The notes below the pieces were generated by a model. The model searched no databases. It was not told the origin of the DNA and saw nothing but the letters and a program-made list of their open reading frames with translations. A program made the translations under genes and the position numbers. A stretch of DNA of 36,716 bases from a virus (lineage: Duplodnaviria > Heunggongvirae > Uroviricota > Caudoviricetes), in IMG/VR virus record IMGVR_UViG_3300009008_000004, positions 146,004 through 182,719 of that record. One strand, 5' to 3'. Of this stretch, positions 8,550 to 18,903 are shown one piece after another (the first letter of the stretch is position 1; every line of letters begins with the position of its first letter).

Positions 8550-9099
8550 GCACTATCGGCCGTTCTCCGCAATCGCCAAAGGAACTCCATTGGAAGCAGA
8601 GTGCCACCCAGACTACGACCCAACTACGGCTATCCTGATTGAAGGAGAACTATCTTACGATGATGGGAAACTACGAATCGGGTTTGACTATGGCCCCATG
8701 TTCCGTGAACGGCATTACCTCTACAGCACCATTCGCTGGATTGCCCTACGGGTAGGAAAAAAGAGAAGACTGAACAACAGCTGTGCGTCGCTGGGGATAG
8801 ACCACGCGGTGTATTACTATGTCTACGACGGCTACGAAGCCATCCCGGTGCTCCGCGCGAGGGATTGCGCTCCAAAGGCTGCGCAAAAGGCAGGTTACTG
8901 CATTGTAGACGAGCACGGCTTCAGCCGCTGGCCCCGTCCTTGGGAGCTTCGCCCAACTGGGTTGGTTGCTCAGGCTATCGCTGACAAGAACGATTACTGG
9001 CTCGCGGAGAAGGCAGCCTTCAGTAGCATCGATACCCTTGTCCACAAAGAACTCAAAAGGCTCAGCAAGCTTTGGGAGGAGCGCAATGCCGAAGAGTGA
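8479..9099 (+). CDS. hypothetical protein
   Basis: AAGGAG RBS before ATG 8479. Confidence 0.75.
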   Translation: MGYSVAVPVKSKKARKEMMAFLAEHYRPFSAIAKGTPLEAECHPDYDPTTAILIEGELSYDDGKLRIGFDYGPMFRERHYLYSTIRWIALRVGKKRRLNNSCASLGIDHAVYYYVYDGYEAIPVLRARDCAPKAAQKAGYCIVDEHGFSRWPRPWELRPTGLVAQAIADKNDYWLAEKAAFSSIDTLVHKELKRLSKLWEERNAEE

Positions 9100-9295
9100 C
9101 AAGCAGAAAATCCGAGAACTCCGAGAGGAGAATAACCAACTGAAAGCTATGTTTCACGGAAAGGCACAACAGCTCGACAAAGTGAGGGACGCGCTCAGGG
9201 TACTCCTCACCACCGCTGGTCTATACAACGAAGTTGAGGAGCAAATCGAAGGCGCTGTGCAGGGCCACGAGCTCGCACACCACGACTGGAAGTGA
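9086..9295 (+). CDS. small coiled-coil protein
   Basis: GGAGGAG RBS before ATG 9086. Confidence 0.65.
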   Translation: MPKSDKQKIRELREENNQLKAMFHGKAQQLDKVRDALRVLLTTAGLYNEVEEQIEGAVQGHELAHHDWK

Positions 9296-10113
9296 AAACT
9301 ATGGGAATACGGATACGCAAACACCTTGGGTATGGGACCAACCGGCTCAAGTACAATAAAGAAGTGGAGCAGTACGAGGCTATAGACCCGCACGTCGACA
9401 TGGATAAGCTGCGGGAGTTCTGGCATGAGCGGGGGGATAGCCTCGAAGATTTTCTAAAGTGGGCTGAGGAGAACAAAGAGGGGCTGCTCACCGACTTCGG
9501 AAAAACATACCCAACAGGCCTCAACCAAGACCTCGATTTCCTGTTCCGGTGGTTTATCCGGGATATCAAACAAGGCATTAAAGCCAACGAAACGGCGACG
9601 CGGCGTAGGGGCCCGGGAGACTGCATCATCTACGATGGAGAATATGGGAATCCCCGCGTTCTCCTAATCCAACCCCCGGACCACACCCAAGACTGGTCCC
9701 GTTATGACAATATTATTGACTACTATGACGCGGGGCGAGTTGCAAAGACGGCCATAAAGTTCGTTGGTCTTACCATCTACCCACACGAAGGACGACTCGT
9801 CCGCTTTCGAGATCCCCCCGAAGGGTGCTACACAGCCCCCGACCAAAGAGCGCACCTGGGAGATATTACAAAAGACCGGGTTCTGGATGACAAGGGGATC
9901 GTAGCCATTCGCGCGGGGTGGTACAACCAGTTGGTGGGGAGGTGGGCTAAGGATGTGCCGCCTGCCGCGACAGGTAAATTGCTCACACACCTCAAACGAG
10001 ACTTTCGGCCGCATGTGCCGCCATCAGTTGTAGCGCTTATGAAGTACACTGAAGCGTTCCATCCTGATTTTATCAATCGGCTACGGCCAATGCTCTACAC
10101 CTACTGGGGGTAG
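9292..10113 (+). CDS. hypothetical phage protein
   Basis: Long ORF overlapping the upstream stop; ends LYTYWG. Confidence 0.75.
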   Translation: MKTMGIRIRKHLGYGTNRLKYNKEVEQYEAIDPHVDMDKLREFWHERGDSLEDFLKWAEENKEGLLTDFGKTYPTGLNQDLDFLFRWFIRDIKQGIKANETATRRRGPGDCIIYDGEYGNPRVLLIQPPDHTQDWSRYDNIIDYYDAGRVAKTAIKFVGLTIYPHEGRLVRFRDPPEGCYTAPDQRAHLGDITKDRVLDDKGIVAIRAGWYNQLVGRWAKDVPPAATGKLLTHLKRDFRPHVPPSVVALMKYTEAFHPDFINRLRPMLYTYWG

Positions 10114-10116
10114 TTA

Positions 10117-10908
10117 ATGACCCGAATTGGAAAAATCTTGGAGAATATCCCGTCTAAGCGACGGGAGCAGCGAGACAATCTCCAAGAATATCTCGATGAG
10201 ATAATTATGGTCGAGCACGTTTTCTATGGAAACCTCGACCATACCGAAGGCCCGCTCAAATACGTCGATACTACTGTAATCGAGGTTGGCGGAACCGGGA
10301 TCCCCTTTGTTGGCTACGGAAGCGCCGTACGGTCTGTGACCACCAAGGAAGGGGAAGTGTTGTTTGAGAACTCTATTATTCCGGAAGACTACGATGTCCG
10401 GAAACTCCAAGAGATGGTCAAATACGTCGGCAAATCCTTTGGGGACAAAGAAGCTGCGGCAACGCTCAAACGCCACAACGATTGGCAAGAAGAGCACAGC
10501 CGGCAGCTTGACGAGGCAGCGACCGCTGCCCAACAGAAATTGCCGGAAATACTCGACCGCGGACTCGCAGTCGTATCGGCCGGCAAGGAGGACGAATGGA
10601 AACAATTCGCGAGGAACAACGGACAAGACGGGTACTCGTTCGCCGTCGTCGAGGGCGCGGTAGCCAGTATGGAAGCGTTATCGGCGGGCCACACGCCAAA
10701 GGAGGCGGAGGACGCGTGGACGGGGATGGGACTGACGGGCTTTCAGGCGGGATACATTGCGAAAGTCGTGGCCCATTTTCACGAGCGTGGAACCGAGTTC
10801 AGGAAGTATTGGAACGCCTTGTGGGGCGTGACCGACACGGACGGGACTGTGAATCCTGCGATACTCAATGTGGGTGCGGATGACAAGGAGGATATAAGTG
10901 GGTCTTGA
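10117..10908 (+). CDS. hypothetical phage protein
   Basis: Long ORF within the operon. Confidence 0.75.
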   Translation: MTRIGKILENIPSKRREQRDNLQEYLDEIIMVEHVFYGNLDHTEGPLKYVDTTVIEVGGTGIPFVGYGSAVRSVTTKEGEVLFENSIIPEDYDVRKLQEMVKYVGKSFGDKEAAATLKRHNDWQEEHSRQLDEAATAAQQKLPEILDRGLAVVSAGKEDEWKQFARNNGQDGYSFAVVEGAVASMEALSAGHTPKEAEDAWTGMGLTGFQAGYIAKVVAHFHERGTEFRKYWNALWGVTDTDGTVNPAILNVGADDKEDISGS

Positions 10909-12316
10909 CGTTTATCTCTACTACTACAAGAACTACGAGGATACGACTGCCAGGGAGCTCGCGCACGACAACGCCTGCGAAGCTCTCTGGAAGTCCCTCG
11001 GAAAAGAACTCTTCGACAAGGACGACTTCAGGTGGAACGATTACAAGGACCTCCCGGAGAAAGACAAGAAGCGGTTCGATAAAAAACGGCGTGCCGCCAA
11101 AAAGGTGCTCGCCAAGCAATATGGGATGGTTACCCGAACAACCACGCTGAAGAACCATGATTACCGCAGTAACTACGAGGGCAGCCCACCGCTCGCAGAA
11201 CGCCGATCCATTGAGCTGCCTTCCGCTATCTACCCGGAACACATGTTCAAGATTGGGTATTTCCGCTCCAACTACAACAGTGGCGGGGTCAATAGTGTGC
11301 TGCGGGATATGGGAATTCCCGATCTCTATGAGATTTTCCCAGAAGCCGGACTAGAAAGTTACGCTTTCAGCCCAGACTGGGAAGCCTGCCGTAGCGCAGC
11401 AGAAGAGGCACTGGATGCCTATGATGGTGCATTCGACAGCAACCCGTACGCGGCATTCCGAGAAGAGCACTCCAGCCCCTACTTGGCGTGGGCTCTCAGG
11501 AGGCGACCAACCGGGGTTACAGAAGCCATAACCCTTGCAAAAGAGACGCTCGGCGCAGAAGAATTCTCAGGCGTTTTGTGTCACAGTTTTGTACTTCCCG
11601 CTGTTACCCAGGGAGTAGTAAACGCGCAGGGGAATCAGGTTGCGCAGAAGACGGACATAGTTGCCCACCACAATGCGTTGATGCCCCATTACGAAGTGGG
11701 CACGCTCGATGGCGTTCCGCCGGTCACGCACCCTGCCCTGTGGTCGGTCAATGTACGAGCAGTTATTCGCGGGCACCGGGTACGCCTGCGCGAATCAGCA
11801 GTACTGCTCCTGGGCACGGAGATGGTAGAGACGCTTGAGAAGGCGCAAATCCTTGCATTGGCCGGCAACGAGCAGGCACGCCTGCAACGCCTTACGGAAC
11901 CTCCAACAAAGAGTCCTTTTGGTATGCCCGCTGAGATTCCTGAGCAGGGGGAATTAGAGAAAGGTCTGTTGAGCGGAAAGACCATCCTCGTCCCCATGAT
12001 GTATGTCGTGTACGACAACCCGGAACAGGAGACCATCATAACCTACGCTCCCGCCAAGAACGATCTTCTGGGTGGGTCGTTCAGCAATGCAGACGGGCTT
12101 TTCAGCCGAGAAGGAATACCCACCTCGGGGGTATACCCGCACATAGGGCGCAGCACCTTCGGTAAGGAGGACCGCCCCATGCTCACCTTCGTACGCAAGA
12201 AGGAGAACGAGGAATTGCTATGGTATCGGCAGGCCCTCGAGATCGTTCAGGAGACGTGCGAGTGGGTACTCAAGAAAAGAAAACCGGAGAACTACTATCT
12301 CCATTGGTCGAGCTAA
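10898..12316 (+). CDS. hypothetical phage protein (MGLDVY...GYFRSNYN...YYLHWSS type)
   Basis: AAGGAGG RBS and GTG start; terminal motifs resemble a widespread phage family. Confidence 0.75.
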   Translation: MGLDVYLYYYKNYEDTTARELAHDNACEALWKSLGKELFDKDDFRWNDYKDLPEKDKKRFDKKRRAAKKVLAKQYGMVTRTTTLKNHDYRSNYEGSPPLAERRSIELPSAIYPEHMFKIGYFRSNYNSGGVNSVLRDMGIPDLYEIFPEAGLESYAFSPDWEACRSAAEEALDAYDGAFDSNPYAAFREEHSSPYLAWALRRRPTGVTEAITLAKETLGAEEFSGVLCHSFVLPAVTQGVVNAQGNQVAQKTDIVAHHNALMPHYEVGTLDGVPPVTHPALWSVNVRAVIRGHRVRLRESAVLLLGTEMVETLEKAQILALAGNEQARLQRLTEPPTKSPFGMPAEIPEQGELEKGLLSGKTILVPMMYVVYDNPEQETIITYAPAKNDLLGGSFSNADGLFSREGIPTSGVYPHIGRSTFGKEDRPMLTFVRKKENEELLWYRQALEIVQETCEWVLKKRKPENYYLHWSS

Positions 12317-12322
12317 CAACAA

Positions 12323-12340
12323 GGGGCCCTTCGGGGCCCC
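12323..12340 (+). terminator. stable hairpin or weak terminator
   Basis: GGGGCCC-TTCG-GGGCCCC with no U-tract. Confidence 0.5.
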
Positions 12341-12361
12341 GCCAATAACCGAAGGTAAGCT

Positions 12362-12769
12362 ATGAGCCTCATCCCCAAGTACCTCCTAATACACGCCACC
12401 TTTATGGTGCTTATCCTAATTGGTCACTGGCTAGCAATTCCCCTGCTTGGGGATATAGGGCTGGCCGGGACACTAACAACGACAGCTGCCGGCCTCTTCG
12501 AAGGCATACAGAGTATGCTGCTCTCGGTAAAAGAGCAGGCCACTGTCTGCCTCCGACACAGTGGAGGTAAGTTTAATGTAGTCAGCTACACTGACAAAAA
12601 CGGACGTCGCTGTTGGCTGATGGAGTGTCCGACTTGTATGGAGCAGTACATCAAAGAGATAGATAAAGGTGTACGCTTTGTAACGGCCGAAGACAACGAA
12701 AGGATACACGCCTACTTCGAAAAGCACCCGGAGTGGAAAAGGGCAGTAAAGCTCAATATACGTCCGTAG
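12362..12769 (+). CDS. membrane-anchored protein with C-terminal Cys motif
   Basis: N-terminal hydrophobic helices; CPTC. Confidence 0.7.
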   Translation: MSLIPKYLLIHATFMVLILIGHWLAIPLLGDIGLAGTLTTTAAGLFEGIQSMLLSVKEQATVCLRHSGGKFNVVSYTDKNGRRCWLMECPTCMEQYIKEIDKGVRFVTAEDNERIHAYFEKHPEWKRAVKLNIRP

Positions 12770-12830
12770 ACGGGTATAAGAACAGTAACGAAAACCGTAC
12801 CCATAACCGGGGAATAGAAAGGGGTCTGCT

Positions 12831-13511
12831 ATGAAACCCAAAACCAAAGTGAGCGCCAGCTGTGTCATGGAAACAGAGGTTCAGTATGACGGAAAACCGT
12901 TCATCGTCAAACTGAATGGAAGAAGGCAACGGGCAGTACTAAGCCCGCGGCTAAAGAAGGAGCGGTTCCCTCTCTTCAAGGGCCGCAAGTGCATGGTCCG
13001 CGCACCCGCGGACGAGCATGAAGGTTACGAGATCGTGGCACTCATGTGCTCTCAGTGGGAAGTCATCCGTCGGATGGTCCCTCGAGGCATGCAGTACGAA
13101 GTAGCGCAGAGCATGCGACGGATGCTGGGGACCAATGCCCGTATCTGGTACCCGCACGCAGACAACCGAGACTTGGTCCTCGACTGTTCGGTTGCGGCCG
13201 TCAAACGGCGCTACCGGAACTGCCCCAGGATCGAGATGCGAAACCCTGCGGACGGCAGCGCAGTACGTCCTCTGCCTGCGGCACGAGTAGTGTACGCAGA
13301 CGAGGAGAAAGGGCTCTGGGTAACCCTGTGGCACGCCACGAAGGGGAAGAAGATCGACTTCTTCGCCCACCAGAAGTTCGATGCGGCAAAAGACGACGAC
13401 CTCATCATGACGGGCGGCATCGAAGACGACTACCGACCGAACACTGAGGAAGGTACTCTCGTTGCATTCCTCCGCAAACTGTGCGCAAACGCAGTCCTCT
13501 CCGCGGCGTAG
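12831..13511 (+). CDS. hypothetical protein
   Basis: GGTATAAGAACAGTA at 12773; AAGGGG RBS. Confidence 0.7.
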   Translation: MKPKTKVSASCVMETEVQYDGKPFIVKLNGRRQRAVLSPRLKKERFPLFKGRKCMVRAPADEHEGYEIVALMCSQWEVIRRMVPRGMQYEVAQSMRRMLGTNARIWYPHADNRDLVLDCSVAAVKRRYRNCPRIEMRNPADGSAVRPLPAARVVYADEEKGLWVTLWHATKGKKIDFFAHQKFDAAKDDDLIMTGGIEDDYRPNTEEGTLVAFLRKLCANAVLSAA

Positions 13512-13532
13512 TTCCACGCCAATTCCCACTCT

Positions 13533-13555
13533 AAGATCGGTAACCCGATCTTTTT
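13533..13555 (+). terminator. intrinsic terminator
   Basis: AAGATCGG-TAAC-CCGATCTT followed by TTT. Confidence 0.7.
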
Positions 13556-13573
13556 ATCTCATTGTGATATTCT

Positions 13574-13852
13574 TTAGTCGAAAGAGATATTAGTGGGCAG
13601 ATCCTTTTGAACGTCCTTAAGTATCTTACGGCCCCGGGGAGTTCTAAGAGCAGCGTCGACAGCGGTAACCGCCTTCGGGTTGCTGTACTGCTCTTTCTTT
13701 ATAGGCGCAGTCATCGCAGCGGCCCCGCCGATAAGAGGGAGGGAGAGAAGCGCCATCATGTGCTTCGGAAACTTATAGAGCCGGGCCTCCTTCACCAGTT
13801 CATCATGGAAGCCTCTAGCGATTATCTCTTGTGGATCCATCCTATCACCCAA
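13574..13852 (-). CDS. small protein with FHDELVKEA motif and hydrophobic helix
   Basis: Overlaps the end of the 1119-aa gene; the start may be the second Met. Confidence 0.65.
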   Translation of the reverse strand: MGDRMDPQEIIARGFHDELVKEARLYKFPKHMMALLSLPLIGGAAAMTAPIKKEQYSNPKAVTAVDAALRTPRGRKILKDVQKDLPTNISFD

Positions 13853-16800
13853 GCTTTTTTGTCTTAGTAGCCGACGCCGACAACCGGGCCAGGTGCTCCA
13901 TATACCGGGAAACTACCAGGTACCGAGTCTTCCGCGGGTCGGTCTGGGGGTCCAGCTTTCGCTCGGCCCCTACATCACCATACTGCAGAAGCTTCGGGTG
14001 GTCCAGTAGGACATACTCAGTTCGATCCCCAAACGCACGACTATGGAAACCTTCGCGACCTTCGAGAACTGCTCCGGTATCTTCGTTAAATACGAGGTCA
14101 GAGGACCCGATAATATCATTGACGGAAGCATACTTTCGAGAGGTAAAACTAGTGATGAACTGGCCGGTGGAGCCCTGGCGAGCCAAGTGCTTGTGCTGAA
14201 GGTACGCGCGAAGAACACCATCTGCCGCCCGAGCCATTGTGTGTCCCGTTACAAAATCCTGTACCAGGTTCTGTATTACCGGAAGCTGCTCATCGGAAGT
14301 AGCTGTATCCCCGGAATCGGCATCTGTCAGACGAAGCTGCTGGATTGCATTGACCACGAACTTCGTCTCCATCTTCTTATACTCATCACAGATACTGGTG
14401 CACCCGAGGAGCGGAAGGTAGAGCTTCGCACCGATCTGAGAGTTAGCATAAGAACCGCCAAGCCATGGGGGACGTACCGCGTATTCGAATGGAATATCGC
14501 CTAACTTTTTGCGCTTGTATGGCGTGTAGGTCTCAGTAATGGTGACAGTCCCTCTACCGGACTGGATGCCCCATGTGCCCGCACCTAGCGCTGGATCCCC
14601 CTCCGCAATAGCAACACCAAGCTCTGTGGGGTCTGTAATATCCACGGACTTCACCGTACCGCCCTTAGGCCCCGTCCACTTAGTAGCATTACCTTTGGAA
14701 TCCAGCTTGGGCTTGATAACGTGCTTGTAGGCCCCGGTGAACATGTAGGCCGCAGCATTCTCAGTCGAAGTAACAACTGCATCTGTCAAAGTAGGTCCGG
14801 GCTTGAGGATACTACCCGTAGCCCCAGGATCAGCCGCAACAACAATAGAGCTACCAGTAGCGGCTGCTTTCTCCCCGTCCAGCATAAGACCAGCAAGCGG
14901 ATAGTCCGGGAGTACCGTCTTCTTCGTTGTAGTCTGCCCCGGTACCTTCACCTCGAAGTTACCCATCCCGGGCACTTCTTCGTTATAGGGATCCCACAGG
15001 TGTGTCAGTGTGTAACGAGTTTGCCCGCCCTCCTGCGATACATTGTGCACCAGGCTATGCATAAGCCCACAGTAGACCTTGGGCGATATCTCTTTGGAGT
15101 TCTTCCAAATATCAAGGGCAGCAGCAAAATCATCGAAAAGTGCCTGCGGCTCGTTGTACCGAACTTCGTCCACCCCAGCGTCCAACGTCTCAGACTCAAA
15201 GATCCCCGCAAGATCTTCTCCGTACACAGCCTTACGAACAACGGAGTCGTCAGGGGTATTAGCGAAAGCCATTGTCGACATCCCAACAACAGGTGCCGGG
15301 TTGAACCTCCCAGAGATGGTCATAGTACGCGGACCAATGCGGTACTTGATGAAAAGGAAGTTGGCGATTCGCTGGAGATAGTCAACTTTATCCAGTTGGT
15401 ATTCTTCCCCAGCCTCAGCAGCCTGGGCCTTAGCAAGCTTCTTGTAAGCAGGTATCTTAGCGACTTGGTCGTACTTGGCGATAATCCCCGAGAAAATCTC
15501 GTGGGGAAGAAGGAAAGACCGGCCCTTCTCAAACTGGTCCATAGCAGAAGTCTTGTGGGCAGTATCAATCGCGGGAGAAATGTATTGCTGTCGCTGGAAC
15601 GCCGACTTCTGAGGCTGCCACTCTTTACGCGTAGTGAGGTGGAGGCGGGTGATTTCTTTGTACCACTCCTTCGACATTTGCATCTGCCCTACGTGGTCGG
15701 GGAAGAGCACATTACATTTAGGCGGCGCACACAAGAAAAGCTCCGGAGTGAGTATGTGCGTATACAGCCAGGGCTCCGTAGCACCCGTAACAGTCTCTGT
15801 CACAGTAGAGTACTTTACCTGGGCCTTAGCATAGGCCTTTGCAGCCTTAGCCGCCTTTGTGCGGAATGAGGAGAGGTTCGCCATATTGATTCCCGGGAAC
15901 TCTTGGCCACCCCAACGCCCCGGCACCTTTCGGGCAGCTACCATAGAACCCGCCAGGGCAACAGCTGCTTTATCAAGGTTTGCAGCAGGACCAATCTTAG
16001 GGTCTGCCAACATCTCCGCCGTGATGGGAGAGGTGCCGGCAATATCAGTCTCAGCCGAAACATCCTGGGCAGCATAACACTCGTTTGCTGCGGCAGCGAA
16101 ACGCGCAAGATCCTTACCAAAGATATGCGTACTCTCAAAGTCAGCAAGCGGGTTCCCCTTCTTGATAACGCCGCCCTGCATGGTATTCATGCCCTCCTGG
16201 GCATTCATCGCATTATAGTTAGCATCGGCCCTTGCCGCGAAAGTTCTGATTGCCTCGAGCTGCGCAAGACGATCTGTAGCAGCATCCCCGATCGACACCG
16301 ATGTCTTCTTCGACTTCTTTACATCATAGGCCAGGTGATCCTTCCGCCGATAACGAGGGGCAAGGACAGGAGATTTGTAGGACTGCAGCTGAGACAGCAC
16401 CATCCCAATAACATCCTCAAAGGAAACCTGGTTCCCCATCGAAGACAGCGAACGCCGGAACATTTTCCGGAAGCCCTTAGTACCAAGCAAGAGCTTAGAA
16501 GTATTATCCTCCTTAGCAGTCCCTACCATACGCGAAAGGTGAAGACGTAAGGATGCCTGGGAGAAGAAATCATTGATACCCCGAAACTTATCCTTCCCCT
16601 TGTAAACACCCCCCAGATACTCGAGCAACAAAAGCACACCACCCATAAGGCCCTGGACATCGGGGTGCTGGATGGACTTCTTCTTTAAGAGAAGATTGAG
16701 GAGCACCTCATATGGCTTCCGGTTCAACTTATCGTACCGAAGGACGGCCCCGCTCGAAAAGGCCATTGCCTTTGTCTTCGATGAGGTCCCCTTACCAGCA

Positions 16801-17204
16801 ACGAAGAGTGCGCGAGCGGAAGACCAGTAAGAAGAGAAGTCCTGGCACTGGATAACAGCGCTTCTACTGGCGTGTGTCTGAGAGTATTGCACGGAGAACA
16901 TCTCCCCAGCAAAGAGCAGCTTATACCGCTCGTCCGCCAGGTAGGCCTCAAGGTCTGCGACCTTCTCCATCTCCTTCTGATCATGCTCATCTTTAGTTAG
17001 ATCCCCAACCTCCCGAGTATCCGTAGAGTCAAGGTAAAATAGGTGCACCAGAGTCCGCGGGTACAGATCAAGGATTGGGTCGCACGCAACCACCTGGATG
17101 GAAGCAGTAGCCATTCCACCTACACTGGCAGTGCAGACAGCACTAATACAGGGGACCTCGACCCCCTCAACGAATAGCCGAAGATGTAGGGTATAGGCTT
17201 CCAT
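13845..17204 (-). CDS. large virion structural protein, probably tail/baseplate hub-like
   Basis: 1119 aa; beta-rich N-terminus LRLFVEGVEVPCISA; lies downstream of the tape-measure-like gene. Confidence 0.6.
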   Translation of the reverse strand: MEAYTLHLRLFVEGVEVPCISAVCTASVGGMATASIQVVACDPILDLYPRTLVHLFYLDSTDTREVGDLTKDEHDQKEMEKVADLEAYLADERYKLLFAGEMFSVQYSQTHASRSAVIQCQDFSSYWSSARALFVAGKGTSSKTKAMAFSSGAVLRYDKLNRKPYEVLLNLLLKKKSIQHPDVQGLMGGVLLLLEYLGGVYKGKDKFRGINDFFSQASLRLHLSRMVGTAKEDNTSKLLLGTKGFRKMFRRSLSSMGNQVSFEDVIGMVLSQLQSYKSPVLAPRYRRKDHLAYDVKKSKKTSVSIGDAATDRLAQLEAIRTFAARADANYNAMNAQEGMNTMQGGVIKKGNPLADFESTHIFGKDLARFAAAANECYAAQDVSAETDIAGTSPITAEMLADPKIGPAANLDKAAVALAGSMVAARKVPGRWGGQEFPGINMANLSSFRTKAAKAAKAYAKAQVKYSTVTETVTGATEPWLYTHILTPELFLCAPPKCNVLFPDHVGQMQMSKEWYKEITRLHLTTRKEWQPQKSAFQRQQYISPAIDTAHKTSAMDQFEKGRSFLLPHEIFSGIIAKYDQVAKIPAYKKLAKAQAAEAGEEYQLDKVDYLQRIANFLFIKYRIGPRTMTISGRFNPAPVVGMSTMAFANTPDDSVVRKAVYGEDLAGIFESETLDAGVDEVRYNEPQALFDDFAAALDIWKNSKEISPKVYCGLMHSLVHNVSQEGGQTRYTLTHLWDPYNEEVPGMGNFEVKVPGQTTTKKTVLPDYPLAGLMLDGEKAAATGSSIVVAADPGATGSILKPGPTLTDAVVTSTENAAAYMFTGAYKHVIKPKLDSKGNATKWTGPKGGTVKSVDITDPTELGVAIAEGDPALGAGTWGIQSGRGTVTITETYTPYKRKKLGDIPFEYAVRPPWLGGSYANSQIGAKLYLPLLGCTSICDEYKKMETKFVVNAIQQLRLTDADSGDTATSDEQLPVIQNLVQDFVTGHTMARAADGVLRAYLQHKHLARQGSTGQFITSFTSRKYASVNDIIGSSDLVFNEDTGAVLEGREGFHSRAFGDRTEYVLLDHPKLLQYGDVGAERKLDPQTDPRKTRYLVVSRYMEHLARLSASATKTKKLG

Positions 17205-17211
17205 CTAACTC

Positions 17212-18675
17212 CTAGAAGAATGCGCTTTTAGCTGTGTCCGAGTAAGCTTTCCCGGTGGTTGACAGAGTACTCCCGGCAGGAGAGAAGGAGTCCGCGAAGT
17301 CGTATACAAAGGCCCCGGCCATAGTAGCGGCTGCAATGGCCCCGATCACGGCAAACCCTTTGTCCCCCTTGTTACTCCGCTTCAGGAATACCTCGAGGAA
17401 GTTCAAAGGATTATTCAAAAGGTATTTTAAGTCCCACCACATCGTAGGCCACGCCGCAGGTACAGGAGTACCAACCCGCTCAAGAATGGTCAGGATCTTG
17501 CGGATCCACCCGGTAGCAGTCTTCCAACCTTCCTCGTAAAGCATTCGGCCCGTAAGGTCTGTCTTTGAGCAAGATTGGTCCTTCAAGTACATAGCTTGAT
17601 CGTATGCCCCGCCAAGCTCCTCAAAGATCAAATCCTTCCCCTTAGCAGCAAGCGCCCCGGTAGCACGGGTACCCAGCTCCTTTAGGTACGAAGTTGGATC
17701 CCCCACAATCTGCTCGATCAAAGCCGGGTTCACCTTTAGCAGCTCAGCGAAGGGACCAATCGCGGGGAGGTTACTCAGCTGGATAAACCGCTGCCGTGCA
17801 CGCATACCCTCGGAAGTGAGGATCGCTGCATTGTCAGAATAGATAAGTGGCTCCCCACGCTGGGTCATTTCCCAGAATGCTGGTGCGGCACTCGACTTCT
17901 CAAGGTTAGCCAGAATACTCTCAAAGTTCATCTCCGCCAAAGAGATGTAATCCGTTACCAGGAAGTTGAAGTTGAAGTGGACAATATCCTGGTTATCGGC
18001 AGATTCCGAGGCCCCGGCGCTCAACAAGTACCCCTCTACAAGAATATCGTCCCACCCGAAGTAGGCAGAGTAGCGGTTCTCGAGGAGCTTAGTACCCCGA
18101 AAGTATCGATTGTAGTTGGACCAGAACTCAGCCCGCCAGGGGAAATCAACAGAATTGCAAAGGTACCCGACAACTGAAATAATCTGCGGACGAGACCCGG
18201 TAGCGTACAGATAGTCTTCTCCAAACGTCTCTACAACCTGGATCTTCTCTGCCCGCTGTTCCTGCACAGAGGTAACCATGAAGTCAGTGTAGTGGGCAGA
18301 TTTGTGCAGTTCCGTCTCCCCTGGAAAGGCATCCTGCTTATCCGCAGGAGCATACCAACCACCGACCTGATTATAGAGAGGGACCACGGTCCCGTCCGAA
18401 CGATAGACCTGGAGGAACGCATGGCGCTCTGCTTTCAAGGAGAGGCCAACAGCCGGTCGTCGAACCTGCTGCGGGCCACCCGGGAACTTCTGCCGCATAT
18501 GCCCCCTCACCCGCGGGGCACACTTTCCAGTATACGCAACGTGCAACAGATCGAGCGGGCTTGTCCCGCCCGCCACAGGCGCAGGCTCAGTCTCAATCGC
18601 GATAAAAGAGTCCTCGTAGACTACCTTTGTAGGAGAGTCTGCGTCAGTCAAAAGTGGAACTTCGCCCCAGGCCAT
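17212..18675 (-). CDS. putative tail/baseplate protein
   Basis: VQEQRAEKIQVVETFGEDY..G segment resembling tail tube-initiator-like folds; position between the tape measure and hub genes. Confidence 0.55.
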   Translation of the reverse strand: MAWGEVPLLTDADSPTKVVYEDSFIAIETEPAPVAGGTSPLDLLHVAYTGKCAPRVRGHMRQKFPGGPQQVRRPAVGLSLKAERHAFLQVYRSDGTVVPLYNQVGGWYAPADKQDAFPGETELHKSAHYTDFMVTSVQEQRAEKIQVVETFGEDYLYATGSRPQIISVVGYLCNSVDFPWRAEFWSNYNRYFRGTKLLENRYSAYFGWDDILVEGYLLSAGASESADNQDIVHFNFNFLVTDYISLAEMNFESILANLEKSSAAPAFWEMTQRGEPLIYSDNAAILTSEGMRARQRFIQLSNLPAIGPFAELLKVNPALIEQIVGDPTSYLKELGTRATGALAAKGKDLIFEELGGAYDQAMYLKDQSCSKTDLTGRMLYEEGWKTATGWIRKILTILERVGTPVPAAWPTMWWDLKYLLNNPLNFLEVFLKRSNKGDKGFAVIGAIAAATMAGAFVYDFADSFSPAGSTLSTTGKAYSDTAKSAFF

Positions 18676-18678
18676 AGG

Positions 18679-18897
18679 TTACCTCTTCACAATGATTTTA
18701 TCCTTCGCCCGGCGATCAACCGGCGGATCTGCCGGCGGATAAGTATAACGAAGGTTTAGTGCCTCGCGACGAACGAGGTGCTCCAACATCCAGTCCACCG
18801 ACATCCCAAAAGGATAAATACGCATAGTCGTACCAATCCCAAAGAGATTGTTGTGCATATAGACTTCGTATTCTGTCCTATCTTTCAGTGCCATCAC
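18679..18897 (-). CDS. small hypothetical protein
   Basis: AGGAG RBS; fills the gap between two structural genes. Confidence 0.6.
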   Translation of the reverse strand: MMALKDRTEYEVYMHNNLFGIGTTMRIYPFGMSVDWMLEHLVRREALNLRYTYPPADPPVDRRAKDKIIVKR

Positions 18898-18903
18898 CCA
18901 CTC

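Noticed and set aside
14721-15869. 382-aa plus-strand ORF, and similar shadows such as 25449..26588
   Set aside because: Antisense to well-supported long genes, with no RBS or recognisable motifs.
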